DNA of 48,218 nucleotides, taken from the NCBI GenBank assembly GCA_024654265.1, contig JANLIO010000059.1:1-48218 (forward strand), read 5' to 3'. The stretch comes from a bacterium. GTDB taxonomy: Bacteria > Patescibacteriota > Patescibacteriia > 2-12-FULL-60-25. Shown in pieces: positions 1 to 8,660 of the stretch. The notes beneath the pieces were generated by a model. The model did no database searches. It was not told where the DNA came from and saw only the letters and a list, made by a program, of their open reading frames with translations. Made by a program: the position numbers and the translations under genes. Within the stretch, counting starts at the first letter, position 1, and each line of letters starts with the position of its first letter.

Positions 1-345
1 GCGCTTTATCTAAATAGGAATTACTCTTTGATCCTGGATCCCCGTTTTCACGGGGATGACAGAATAATCTAGCTTCATCGGATGTCTGACATCCGATTTC
101 CTTAGAAGGGAATTTAGAATATTCTATGAATCCAAATATCGAATGAAATCGTAGGGGTGTCCCTTGTGGGTGCCCTTCAAATGAATAAACCCTCCCGATA
201 GCTTTCGGGGGGGGGGAGCGTGGAGATCTTCTTCGATACCTCTCTGTATCTCCCCTTCCAAGGGGAGAATGAGGAGTGAGATGAGGAGTTTCTTTGATCC
301 TGGGTCCCCGGGTCAAGCCCGAGGATGACAAGAAAGAGGCTGAAC
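1..345. repeat. Hairpin-rich mosaic repeat block at the left window edge
   Basis: Dense run of short perfect hairpins: ATCCCCG/CGGGGAT at 38-57, ATCGGATGT/ACATCCGAT at 77-97, CTCCCCTT/AAGGGGAG at 249-266. Internal duplication of TTTGATCCTGG-hairpin-GGATGACA at 27-62 and 292-331. Segments 213-270 and 80-120 recur inverted at 47927-47983 and 48046-48086. Confidence 0.6.
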
Positions 346-380
346 ACTCAGTACTTCGTACTTTATACTTAGAGCCGACT

Positions 381-415
381 CAAGACCCAAGACCCAGAAC
401 CCAGAACCCAGAACT
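381..415. repeat. Tandem heptamer tract (CAAGACC x2, CAGAACC x2, CAGAACT)
   Basis: Five contiguous 7-nt units read directly from the sequence. Confidence 0.85.
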
Positions 416-447
416 ATTCCCAACAACCAGCATCTCGCGCGGAGAAC

Positions 448-456
448 TGATATACT
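448..456 (+). promoter_or_regulatory. Extended -10 element (TGaTATACT) placed 6 nt before the ATG at 463
   Basis: TATACT at 451-456 preceded by TG at 448-449. ATG at 463 with no Shine-Dalgarno. Same TATACT-N6-ATG layout as hsp20. Confidence 0.4.
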
Positions 457-462
457 ACATGT

Positions 463-720
463 ATGCAAATTCCGATTTCTATTTTTTTGGTTATTTGGAT
501 CGTATTTATTCTCGTCTTTTTTGTGGCTGCTTTTGTTTCTATTCACCAAATGAATAAGTTTGCCATTCGTGGGAAAGGAGCAACGTTGCCAACAACGATT
601 TTTATTGGTGTGTGTTCGGTTGTACTTGTTTTTACGCTTATCTTTTTATTGACTGCGGATTGGAATCAGTCACTTCAGTTTGGTGATTTTGTTTCGTCGT
701 CTCCGTATATTTCATATTAA
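463..720 (+). CDS. Small membrane protein (85 aa, two predicted TM helices)
   Basis: ORF with two long hydrophobic segments (IFLVIWIVFILVFFVAAFV; IFIGVCSVVLVFTLIFLL), directly upstream of a membrane PH-domain gene. Confidence 0.5.
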   Translation: MQIPISIFLVIWIVFILVFFVAAFVSIHQMNKFAIRGKGATLPTTIFIGVCSVVLVFTLIFLLTADWNQSLQFGDFVSSSPYISY

Positions 721-731
721 ATACTTTCAAT

Positions 732-1298
732 ATGATTGATCTCCAACATCTTCCCGGCGGTTCTCCTGATGAAAAAATTCTTTTGGTTCTTCGTCGTCAT
801 TGGTTTGTTTTGATCCCGCTCTGCCTTTCAGTTGCGACGGTTCTTCTGTTGCCTCCGTTCGCATTTTTTGGGATTCGTTATGCGAGCCCAACTTTTTTTC
901 TGAATCCTGTTTTAACACCTCTTTTTGTGTTGGGGCTTTCGATCTTCGTTCTTTTCGCGATTCTCTTTTTATATCAACAGTACTTGGATTACTACCTTGA
1001 TACGTGGGTTGTTACAGATCAACGCATATTAAATATTGAACAACATGGATTATTTGCGCGCACCGTATCCGAGCTCAGGCTTTTTCGAATTCAAGATGTC
1101 ACAGCAGAGATCCACGGATTTTTACACACCATGTTTAATTACGGTGATGTGCATATTCAAACAGCGGGTGAAACACAACGATTCGAATTTGAAGAAATTG
1201 AAGATCCAAACACAGTCGCGAAAATGGTTCTTGACCTTGCAGAGAGTCAGCGAAAGAAACAGCTTACTGAACTTTCCGAATCAACCGGACGTGGGTGA
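732..1298 (+). CDS. Membrane-anchored bacterial PH-domain protein (YdbS/YdbT-like, bPH_2)
   Basis: Two N-terminal TM helices, then a segment typical of bPH_2 proteins (WVVTDQRILNIEQHGLFARTVSELRLFRIQDV...GDVHIQTAG). Called from memory of the family, not searched. Confidence 0.6.
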   Translation: MIDLQHLPGGSPDEKILLVLRRHWFVLIPLCLSVATVLLLPPFAFFGIRYASPTFFLNPVLTPLFVLGLSIFVLFAILFLYQQYLDYYLDTWVVTDQRILNIEQHGLFARTVSELRLFRIQDVTAEIHGFLHTMFNYGDVHIQTAGETQRFEFEEIEDPNTVAKMVLDLAESQRKKQLTELSESTGRG

Positions 1299-2312
1299 TT
1301 AGAGAATGAAGTTCGAAGATGGAAGCGAAAGGCCTAGATGTTTGTAGGCTTGTTCGGTTGCGAGGCGTCCGCGTGGTGTACGCTCTAAAAATCCTTCTTG
1401 GAGCAAAAACGGCTCAATAACTTCTTCGAGCGTCGTTACATCTTCGGCGGTTGCTGCTGCAAGTGTTGTGAGTCCAACGGGTCCGCCTTTAAATTTTTCG
1501 ATAATGGTACGAAGCGCTCGGCGGTCTGATTCATCAAGTCCGCGTGGATCAATTTCAAGTTGATTTAATGCATTGTGAACAATCTCTGGAGAGAGAATGC
1601 CATCAGCACGAACCTGCGCGTAATCGCGAACACGGCGAAGAAGACGGTTTGCAATACGCGGTGTGCGTCGTGATCGTTTTGCTAAAATCGAAGCAGGTTC
1701 TTCATCAAGAGGAATACGAAGCAGGGACGCACTTCGTCGCACGATCTCGTTCATTTCATTTTCTCCGTAGAAATTGAGGTGATGAATAACGCCGAATCGA
1801 TCTCGGAATGGAGCCGAGAGCATGGACATTCGAGTTGTGGCGCCAATCAAGGTGAACCGATTGAGATCCATCCGAAGTGTTCGCGCCGTCGGACCCTTGC
1901 CGATCACAATATCGAGCGCAAAATCTTCCATAGCTGGATAGAGCACTTCTTCAATAGACTTATTCATTCGGTGAATTTCATCAATAAAGAGAACGTCACC
2001 TTTTTCTAAGTTTGTAAGAATTGCCGCAAGATCACCGACGCGTTCAAGCGCAGGCCCACTCGTCACTCGGACCGTCGCGCCCATTTCATTTGCAATGACA
2101 TGCGCGAGTGTGGTTTTCCCAAGTCCCGGTGGCCCGTACAGAAGAACGTGCTCACATGGTTCTTCACGACCTTTTGCAGCTTCGAGAAAGATGGAAAGAT
2201 TTTCTTTGATCTTTGGTTGACCGATAAATTCGGCAAGTGAACTCGGACGGAGTGACACATCAAAACCACGGTCATCAGATTGAAGGTCAGGGGAGATAAT
2301 GCGTTCTTCCAT
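1299..2312 (-). CDS. ruvB: Holliday junction branch-migration helicase RuvB
   Basis: 337 aa. Walker [10 protein letters not shown], Walker B FIDEIH, RuvB-type C-terminal winged helix. Full length. Confidence 0.97.
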   Translation of the reverse strand: MEERIISPDLQSDDRGFDVSLRPSSLAEFIGQPKIKENLSIFLEAAKGREEPCEHVLLYGPPGLGKTTLAHVIANEMGATVRVTSGPALERVGDLAAILTNLEKGDVLFIDEIHRMNKSIEEVLYPAMEDFALDIVIGKGPTARTLRMDLNRFTLIGATTRMSMLSAPFRDRFGVIHHLNFYGENEMNEIVRRSASLLRIPLDEEPASILAKRSRRTPRIANRLLRRVRDYAQVRADGILSPEIVHNALNQLEIDPRGLDESDRRALRTIIEKFKGGPVGLTTLAAATAEDVTTLEEVIEPFLLQEGFLERTPRGRLATEQAYKHLGLSLPSSNFIL

Positions 2313-2438
2313 AGTTTGTCTACATTAGCGAATGCGCGTCTGCTTGATAAGGGGGGTGCGTGGGAGGGGGAAGAAAAGATAATGACAAAATTTAACGAAT
2401 CCGTTAGGATCTCTAAAGAAAACATAAAATGAAAATCT

Positions 2439-3161
2439 ATGAAGAAACTTCCTATTATCGTTGGTATTCTCCTCGTCCTTATAGCAGGAACGTATTTTTT
2501 TGTGACACGCTCAACAAAAGGTCCAAGCGATGAAACCGTTGGAATGAGAGTACCGGGCTCATCTGATGTTGAAGATACGGTTGTTCAAGAAGATGGTTCT
2601 TCATTGGAGGCTCAGAATGTGGAAGGTCAAAATTCATATTCGATTACGTCAGGTTCAGCTGAGTTTCGAATCGATGAGATGTTGCGTGGCGAACCAAAAC
2701 AGGTAATCGGCAAAACAGAGAATGTTTCTGGAACGATTTTTATCAATCGGGAAGATTTGGCATCATCCGCATTTGGAACAATACGCATCAATGCACGAAC
2801 ACTTGAAACAGATGATGAGAGTCGAAACAACATGATCCGGAGATTTATTTTAAAGACGGAAGATGATGCAAATGAATTCATTGCATATCATCCGACAAAA
2901 GTTTTAAATCTTTCCGGTTCTCTCGTGTCAGGGGAAAAGAAAATATTCTCCATATTAGGAGACATGACAATTGCGAATGTCACCAAGCCGGTTGCATTCG
3001 ATGTTGAAGCGACCTTTACGGACGTGGGAACCGTGGAAGTCCGCGCGGCTGGCAAAGTGCGGTATTCGGATTTTGAAATTACGATCCCTTCAGTTCCGTT
3101 TGTTGCCGATGTGACGGAAGATGTTTTCTTGGTGGTTTCATTCACAGCGGGAGGCAAATAG
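2439..3161 (+). CDS. YceI-like domain protein with N-terminal TM/signal anchor
   Basis: 240 aa. N-terminal hydrophobic helix, then a beta-rich domain with YceI-like pattern (SGSAEFRIDE...GKTENVSGTI...). Family call from memory. Confidence 0.7.
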   Translation: MKKLPIIVGILLVLIAGTYFFVTRSTKGPSDETVGMRVPGSSDVEDTVVQEDGSSLEAQNVEGQNSYSITSGSAEFRIDEMLRGEPKQVIGKTENVSGTIFINREDLASSAFGTIRINARTLETDDESRNNMIRRFILKTEDDANEFIAYHPTKVLNLSGSLVSGEKKIFSILGDMTIANVTKPVAFDVEATFTDVGTVEVRAAGKVRYSDFEITIPSVPFVADVTEDVFLVVSFTAGGK

Positions 3162-3200
3162 GCTTGCAAAGGAGAATAAATAATGCTATTTTCGGCACCT

Positions 3201-3286
3201 GCCCAGGTGGTGGAATGGTATACACGAAGGACTTAAAATCCTTTGGGAGTAATCCCATGCGGGTTCGACTCCCGCCCCGGGCACCA
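3201..3286 (+). tRNA. tRNA-Leu (anticodon UAA), long variable arm, encoded CCA
   Basis: Cloverleaf folded by hand. Acceptor GCCCAGG/CCCGGGC with one mismatch. Anticodon stem AAGGA/TCCTT with loop CTTAAAA. Variable arm GGGA-GTAA-TCCC. T arm GCGGG-TTCGACT-CCCGC. ACCA 3' end. Confidence 0.9.
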
Positions 3287-3288
3287 AC

Positions 3289-3317
3289 AAAAAACTCCGT
3301 TCTGCGGAGTTTTTTGT
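3289..3317 (+). terminator. Intrinsic terminator after tRNA-Leu
   Basis: A-run, stem CTCCG/CGGAG, then a T-run (AAAAAACTCCGttctgCGGAGTTTTTT). Confidence 0.75.
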
Positions 3318-3340
3318 TATTCAATGTGACGCGACAATTA

Positions 3341-3369
3341 TTGACATTCGTTCTATTTTATGATATAAA
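3341..3369 (+). promoter_or_regulatory. Near-consensus promoter TTGACA-17-TATAAA with a GTTCTATTTT half SOS-box in the spacer
   Basis: TTGACA 3341-3346, 17-nt spacer, TATAAA 3364-3369. GTTCTATTTT at 3350-3359 matches the first 10 nt of the lexA/dinB boxes. Confidence 0.6.
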
Positions 3370-3448
3370 CCTTGCGTCTTATGCGTGCTGTCTCTTTACA
3401 TGGTGTGAAGAAGCTGGGCGCAGAGCAACGTGTGATTGGAGGAAAAAA

Positions 3449-3913
3449 GTGGATATCAGTAAGTTTAGAAAGTTCGCGTACTGCGGTTCTGCTCTGACGC
3501 CGGAGATTCCGATCGTCAGTGACGTTCTTTCCGTTGTCTGGCAGGATTCGTCGCTGGATCACTTCTACAGCGATGCGATCAGCAATTTCACGACGTATGC
3601 CGACAATGTCGTGCTCGTCGCAGGAGCTGTGAACGAGGACGTCTTGAGGATGCCTCGAACTCCAGATGGGGAAGCTCAGGCGCGTAAGCTCGTGGCCGAG
3701 GCGATCATCGAGCTCTGCCCCGAGGAAGCGAAGTGTCTCTTCAACCCGGCATATGCAGAAGCACTGCGTGAAGCTGGGAAGGGAGTACGGATCTCCGGAG
3801 GCGATGCCGTTCAGCTCAAGGCATTTTGCACGTGTGTGAAATGTCGGGCGGAAACGCAGAACGCTTCTTCCAGCGTTCGTTCCTTCGCTCTCAATCCCTT
3901 CGAACTCGCCTAG
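3449..3913 (+). CDS. Hypothetical protein (154 aa), GC-richer orphan
   Basis: GTG start 6 nt after GGAGG (3438-3442). Consensus promoter upstream and a strong terminator downstream, both on the plus strand. The overlapping minus-strand ORF 3353-3940 is Arg/Cys-rich and lacks such signals. Confidence 0.55.
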   Translation: MDISKFRKFAYCGSALTPEIPIVSDVLSVVWQDSSLDHFYSDAISNFTTYADNVVLVAGAVNEDVLRMPRTPDGEAQARKLVAEAIIELCPEEAKCLFNPAYAEALREAGKGVRISGGDAVQLKAFCTCVKCRAETQNASSSVRSFALNPFELA

Positions 3914-3926
3914 AGTCGACGTGCAT

Positions 3927-3965
3927 CGGCAGGAACCCAATCTCGGGTTTCTGCCGGTTTTTTTA
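3927..3965 (+). terminator. Intrinsic terminator
   Basis: 12-bp stem CGGCAGGAACCC/GGGTTTCTGCCG (one G-U pair) followed by a T-run at 3958-3964. Confidence 0.8.
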
Positions 3966-4129
3966 TTTCTTTTTTAAATCCTTCACGAATTTCGTGTTGA
4001 AAATATGTGTCTTCTTCGCCCAACATCTTCGCGCGATCGCTTCACAAGTGCAATAAATCGAAAATAAGATGGATCGTGCACATTTGCACCAATGATAAGT
4101 TTTACTCTGGTCCTTCGCGCTTTCAATGT

Positions 4130-5272
4130 TTACTTTGATGTAATGCTTTTCGCGACAGCCTCGTGCAGTCCTTCTGTAAACATATTCGGAATAATGTTTT
4201 CTGCTGTCGGAGTTTGGATCATGTTCGCAATTGCTGTCGCGGCGCGAATTTTAATTTCTGGGGTGACATGAATGATGTTGTTATCCAACATGCCTCGGAA
4301 GAGCCCGGGGTAGCATAGTGCGTTATTCACTTGGTTTGGGAAATCGCTTCGTCCTGTTGCAACAACGCGTGCGCCTGCGGACTTTGCATCATCGGGCATA
4401 ATTTCGGGCGTTGGGTTTGCGAGGGCAAAGACAATGGCATCTGAATTCATTGATGAGATCATTTCTGTATGAATTAACCCTGGGCCTGATGTCCCAATAA
4501 TAACGTCAGCTCCTCGCACAGCATCGGCAAGTGTTCCCTCAATATTATTTTTGTTTGTTATTTCGGCAAGTTTCTTTTTTGGAGCATTAAGATTGTCTCG
4601 GGATTTTGCGATGATTCCGATACGATCACAGACAAGGACATTTTTCGCGCCGGCGTGGATCAGAATATTTGCAATCGCTGTTCCCGCCGCTCCTGCGCCA
4701 ACCATGGCAATTTTGATTTCGTTTAAATTCTTTCCAACAACTTTTAATGCGTTCATGAGGCCCGCCATCACAACAATTGCTGTTCCATGTTGATCATCGT
4801 GGAACACGGGCATATTCAGCGCATCAGCAAGACGTTCTTCGATTTCAAAACAGCGTGGCGCAGAAATATCTTCCAACTGGATTGCACCAAATGTTGGAGA
4901 GATGGCGAGCACGGTTTTGATAATTTCCTCCGTATCTTGCGTGTTGAGAACAATTGGGATCGCATCGATTCCGGCAAATTGTTTGAAGATCACGCTTTTT
5001 CCTTCCATGACAGGAAGCGCCGCGAGTGGACCGATATTACCGAGTCCAAGGACAGCCGATCCATCCGAAACGATCGCGACAACATTCTTTTTCCATGTAA
5101 GATCATTTACGCGTTCAGGATTTTCCGCAATCTCGTGTGAAACCGCTCCAACACCCGGCGTGTACACGAGCGCTAAATCTTCCATGCTCTGAACAGGGAT
5201 TTTTGCCGTGATCTCGATTTTTCCTTTTAATTTTTCATGCAATGCGATTGCTTTTTCAGATGTCGTATTCAT
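4130..5272 (-). CDS. NAD(P)-dependent malic enzyme (short form, no PTA domain)
   Basis: 380 aa. Conserved malic-enzyme blocks (LALVYTPGVG; VSDGSAVLGLGNIG; FHDDQHGTA) and Rossmann motif GAGAAG. Confidence 0.9.
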   Translation of the reverse strand: MNTTSEKAIALHEKLKGKIEITAKIPVQSMEDLALVYTPGVGAVSHEIAENPERVNDLTWKKNVVAIVSDGSAVLGLGNIGPLAALPVMEGKSVIFKQFAGIDAIPIVLNTQDTEEIIKTVLAISPTFGAIQLEDISAPRCFEIEERLADALNMPVFHDDQHGTAIVVMAGLMNALKVVGKNLNEIKIAMVGAGAAGTAIANILIHAGAKNVLVCDRIGIIAKSRDNLNAPKKKLAEITNKNNIEGTLADAVRGADVIIGTSGPGLIHTEMISSMNSDAIVFALANPTPEIMPDDAKSAGARVVATGRSDFPNQVNNALCYPGLFRGMLDNNIIHVTPEIKIRAATAIANMIQTPTAENIIPNMFTEGLHEAVAKSITSK

Positions 5273-5441
5273 ATGATTCGTTTCAGTCTACGAGCCAAAC
5301 AGGAAAAAGGGAAGACGTTGATCTTGCACGGGAAGCTGGGTCATGATAGTCTTTTTGCGCTTATGGAGGATAGAAGGTGGGGTTGCCTGCCGAAGTGCTC
5401 ATATTGCAAAAGCAGGTTTGCCTGCCGAAGTGATAACGTAT

Positions 5442-5516
5442 GCGGGTATCGTATAGTGGCTATTACATTACCTTGCCAAGGTAGAGATAGGGGTTCGATT
5501 CCCCTTACCCGCTCCA
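5442..5516 (+). tRNA. tRNA-Gly (anticodon GCC), encoded CCA
   Basis: Hand fold. Acceptor GCGGGTA/TACCCGC. Anticodon stem TTACC/GGTAG with loop TTGCCAA. T arm AGGGG-TTCGATT-CCCCT. TCCA 3' end. Confidence 0.9.
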
Positions 5517-5536
5517 TCACGTGAAACGTGATTATT

Positions 5537-5566
5537 AAAAAAACGAAGTTGATCTTCGTTTTTTTG
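5537..5566. terminator. Bidirectional intrinsic terminator
   Basis: AAAAAAACGAAG-ttgat-CTTCGTTTTTTT. Confidence 0.75.
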
Positions 5567-5574
5567 TTGAGAGC

Positions 5575-5604
5575 AAAACCACCCGAATTTTTGGGTGGTT
5601 TTGT
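5575..5604 (-). terminator. Intrinsic terminator for the minus-strand gene ending at 5607
   Basis: Stem CCACCC/GGGTGG flanked by an A-run and a T-run. Confidence 0.6.
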
Positions 5605-5606
5605 AT

Positions 5607-6098
5607 TTAACCGCAGAGGATACAATCTTCTTGTTCCAGTGCGTTGCGAATTGCCGGATCGCGGAGAAGGTTGCGAAGCTCCATGAGATCATCAAGAGAG
5701 AGAGGATTGGGATGGCTCCATTTTCCCGACTTCGTTTCTTGAAATCCGAGAACTTGTAAGATGAGTGCAACATCATCAGGTGTGTGATCTTCTCTCCAAA
5801 GGAGAGTCACGCCGAGCATGTACTGATCTTTCGTCATTCCTGTAATGGAGTTGAGTTGATTGTTGTGTTCGCAATCAAGGGCGGTGAAGACTTGCCCTAA
5901 ATGGGGCAAAGCGGAATACAAAGGGGAAACCGGATAAACGAGTTGTCCCGACTCTGTTTCCACAGGCTCCGCTTCACACACACTCCCGTTTGATGCGGGC
6001 GGGCGTTTTTCAAAGACGGACATAGTGGTTATTTTTTCACTGTGATTAACGGCCATAGCTGCAAGAATGATCACGATAAGTGTAACGATTTTTCTCAT
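5607..6098 (-). CDS. Secreted hypothetical protein (163 aa, signal peptide)
   Basis: N-terminal MRKIVTLIVIILAAMAV signal-like helix. Start overlaps the stop of the upstream LTD gene (ATGA, 6095-6098). Confidence 0.6.
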   Translation of the reverse strand: MRKIVTLIVIILAAMAVNHSEKITTMSVFEKRPPASNGSVCEAEPVETESGQLVYPVSPLYSALPHLGQVFTALDCEHNNQLNSITGMTKDQYMLGVTLLWREDHTPDDVALILQVLGFQETKSGKWSHPNPLSLDDLMELRNLLRDPAIRNALEQEDCILCG

Positions 6099-8527
6099 AC
6101 ACGTTCAGGTTCTTTTTCTTCAAGAATATTGATAAGATTTTTACGCTTTCTGTGAGCTTTCGCGCGTTTAAAGCCTTCATTCCCTGCAACGGCTAGTCCT
6201 GCGGCGCCAAATGGTGCCCATCCCGGAATAATTGGTTTTACGGGGGCTTGTGCGACAGGCTCGGCGTGAGTCAGGAGCGCGACTTCATCAGCGCTTCGTG
6301 GGATAACGTGCACATCGTCAGTCCCAAGATCGAGGAGTCCTGTGACTTGAATCGTATCACCTTTTGAGAGTCGTGTGGCGCGAAAGCCGATCATATCCTT
6401 AATTGTGACAGCGACTTCTGTTCCATCAACATCAAGAAGAATTTTGTTTGTTTTTACATTGCCGACTGTGCCTTCGATTGTTACAAGGCTCCAAGCGTCT
6501 TCATGTGATGGGGCGAGCATGTTTACTTCGCGAGACATGGGAATAAGATTTTCTTCAGGTTGCCACGTGTCTTCTTTTGCAAGTTTAAGATAGGGAATGT
6601 CATTGCTCGCATACGTGAGTTTTCCTGTCACGGCAACGCTGGCGCCAAGCTCTGGGAGTTTCATTGAGGTCGGAACACTGACGCGAATACCGCGTCCGGT
6701 TGGAGAGAGAAGGATAAACGCGTGACCGCTTACAATGCCTGGCATAGAACCAACCGTTCCGTGAAGTCGAACGTGGATTCCTGCGAATTCTTCATCATGT
6801 GTCATATCGATTGAAAGTTCTTGAATGAAATCTGTGTTCTTTGATGAAGCGGGTGCGGTCTTTGTTTTTGCTGGTGTTTTTGGCGTCGCTTTTATTTTGG
6901 CGGGCGTTGTGAGTACAGCAAGTGATCGCACAGGATCCAATAGTTTTTGTGCTTCGTTGTTGTTCGTGTTGGATGTATTTACGGATTTGGATTCAGTATC
7001 TTCGTATGGTGCGAGATCTGAATTTGTCACCTCGGCGTCTTGAGAAGGATTATTTTCGGATTGCTCCGAAGAAAGGTTTTGCCCTTCATTATTTTGATCC
7101 TCGCTGAAGACGACTGAGGTAGGAAAAATATTTGGCGCTCCCTGTGTTGGCGTTTCGTTCATCATCCAACTTCCGGTTCCATTTGGATTTCGCGCCCAAC
7201 TCCATCCTTTCGTTGAGCCGTCATACGTGAAGATTTCCAGATCACTTCCGTTTGGATCATTGACGGTCAACGTATCTCCGCCGTTATTCAGCCGAGCAGA
7301 AGAGAGTTCGGCGACGACTGTTGGATGTGCGTTATCCAGCACGACATCACCAAACGTGTAGATTTTTGATGAAGCATCGTGGATTGTGACGCCAACGAGT
7401 GAAATCTCAACGTTTGGATCCAACGTCATGACTTCAATCCATTCTTTCCCATCCATAGGATTTGGCATAACTTCATTTAATCGAACGAGATCATATCTTG
7501 GTGGCAGAGTACTTGCGCCACTATCCTCCGGCTCGGACTCTGATTCAAGGGTTACAACGGTTTCTTGAGCCTCTGTAGAGCTAACAGCAGAAGCGTCAGA
7601 GACAGTGAAAGCAGGGGTGGATGTCGCGGATTCTGTCGGGTTTTCTGTTATCTCCGGTTTGAATTCGGGGGCGATATCCGATGAAGTCACATTTATGTTC
7701 GTCGTTGTTGTTGAAACAACTTCAGCGACAGCACTGTTCGTTGTTGTTGAGCTTTCGGTCATCTCGGATACAGATTCAGGATTTGGATTAGGTTCTACTG
7801 TTTCCGTATTTGCCAAATTTTCTTCTGTCGCGTCGGTTGGAACATCTGTTGGCTCCGTTTCTAACCCGGAATTCACATCAGTAGGTTCGGGCGAAACGGT
7901 TTCAGCTGTAGACGATGCAGATGGATCCTCTGCGGGCATTTCCATCTTCGGGAAGCTCATGTAGATGCAAAGATCGCAGACACCCGGCGTGCCAAGATCA
8001 TCACTATTTGATTTTAGATTTTCAGAAAGTGATGCTGTCATCCATCCATCCAACGTGCGTACCATGGATGCAATCGGTGTTACATTTGATCCAGCTTCAG
8101 GAGTCTTTCCATTCCCAACATGATCTACTTCAACGTTGTTGTTATCCGTGAGTGTAAGATTGAGTGCTGAGTTTGAAAGTGATAGATCGCTTGTCACCAT
8201 GTCCGGCACGACTCGCAATAATGTGTTTGCATAGTCAGACGCATAATTTGAGACAAGGTATCTGTTTCGCGCTGGAATAACGGCGTTATCCGGAAAAACG
8301 AGTGGTTCTTTGGATGCGCCGGAAAGCGTGTACCCAGCAAGAGACACGGGCGTGTCACCCAGATTCCAGAGCTCGATCCATTCGTCTGCTTTGGAAAGTG
8401 ACGATCCGGCCCATGCAACTTCACCGATCAAAAGTGTCGGTGCCGCATGTAAGGGTGTTGGCAGAAGAAGTGCAGGAAGGGCAAGAGCAGAAACAAGAAA
8501 AGAGATGAGGTGTATGTGTTTGAACAT
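6095..8527 (-). CDS. Large surface protein with two lamin-tail domains, a Ser/Thr/Glu/Pro-rich linker, OB-fold-like repeats and a C-terminal TM anchor
   Basis: 810 aa. Signal peptide. LTD signatures (LLIGEVAWAGS...DEWIELWN; VRLNEVMPNP..KEWIEVM). C-terminal hydrophobic helix plus basic tail (GWAPFGAAGLAVAG..KRAKAHRKRK). Confidence 0.75.
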   Translation of the reverse strand: MFKHIHLISFLVSALALPALLLPTPLHAAPTLLIGEVAWAGSSLSKADEWIELWNLGDTPVSLAGYTLSGASKEPLVFPDNAVIPARNRYLVSNYASDYANTLLRVVPDMVTSDLSLSNSALNLTLTDNNNVEVDHVGNGKTPEAGSNVTPIASMVRTLDGWMTASLSENLKSNSDDLGTPGVCDLCIYMSFPKMEMPAEDPSASSTAETVSPEPTDVNSGLETEPTDVPTDATEENLANTETVEPNPNPESVSEMTESSTTTNSAVAEVVSTTTTNINVTSSDIAPEFKPEITENPTESATSTPAFTVSDASAVSSTEAQETVVTLESESEPEDSGASTLPPRYDLVRLNEVMPNPMDGKEWIEVMTLDPNVEISLVGVTIHDASSKIYTFGDVVLDNAHPTVVAELSSARLNNGGDTLTVNDPNGSDLEIFTYDGSTKGWSWARNPNGTGSWMMNETPTQGAPNIFPTSVVFSEDQNNEGQNLSSEQSENNPSQDAEVTNSDLAPYEDTESKSVNTSNTNNNEAQKLLDPVRSLAVLTTPAKIKATPKTPAKTKTAPASSKNTDFIQELSIDMTHDEEFAGIHVRLHGTVGSMPGIVSGHAFILLSPTGRGIRVSVPTSMKLPELGASVAVTGKLTYASNDIPYLKLAKEDTWQPEENLIPMSREVNMLAPSHEDAWSLVTIEGTVGNVKTNKILLDVDGTEVAVTIKDMIGFRATRLSKGDTIQVTGLLDLGTDDVHVIPRSADEVALLTHAEPVAQAPVKPIIPGWAPFGAAGLAVAGNEGFKRAKAHRKRKNLINILEEKEPERV

Positions 8528-8623
8528 ATGGGTTTGAATTATGATTTTTGTTTTGAGGCCTCCCTACACCGCGTTCCATATTTTTGATGATGTTGTCAAG
8601 TTCCAGCATGTGGATATCTTCAC

Positions 8624-8657
8624 TTGACGAGTATTCGCATGTGTTCTATTTTTGTTC
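8624..8657 (+). promoter_or_regulatory. lexA promoter (TTGACG-17-TATTTT) with overlapping GTTC-N7-GTTC putative SOS box
   Basis: TTGACG 8624-8629. TATTTT 8647-8652. GTTCTATTTTTGTTC 8643-8657. ATG at 8661. Confidence 0.65.
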
Positions 8658-8660
8658 CAT

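Noticed and set aside
27-37. TTTGATCCTGG (also at 292-302, preceded there by GAGTTTC) is identical to the core of the conserved 16S rRNA 5' end (AGAGTTTGATCCTGGCTCAG).
   Set aside because: The similarity stops after 11 nt and no rRNA-like sequence follows. It sits inside a repeat module, so it is most likely coincidental.
3353-3940. 195-aa minus-strand ORF overlapping the 3449-3913 plus-strand gene.
   Set aside because: The promoter, SD and terminator are all on the plus strand. The minus-strand product is Cys/Arg-rich and would run through the plus-strand terminator.
3966-4129. Short minus-strand reading frames downstream of the malic-enzyme gene (..IGANVHDPSYFRFIALVKRSRE.. and MLGEEDTYFQHEIREGFKKEIKK..) that might be a gene remnant.
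   Set aside because: The frames are broken, no family was recognised, and one frame runs through the 3927-3965 terminator hairpin. The evidence is too weak to call a pseudogene.
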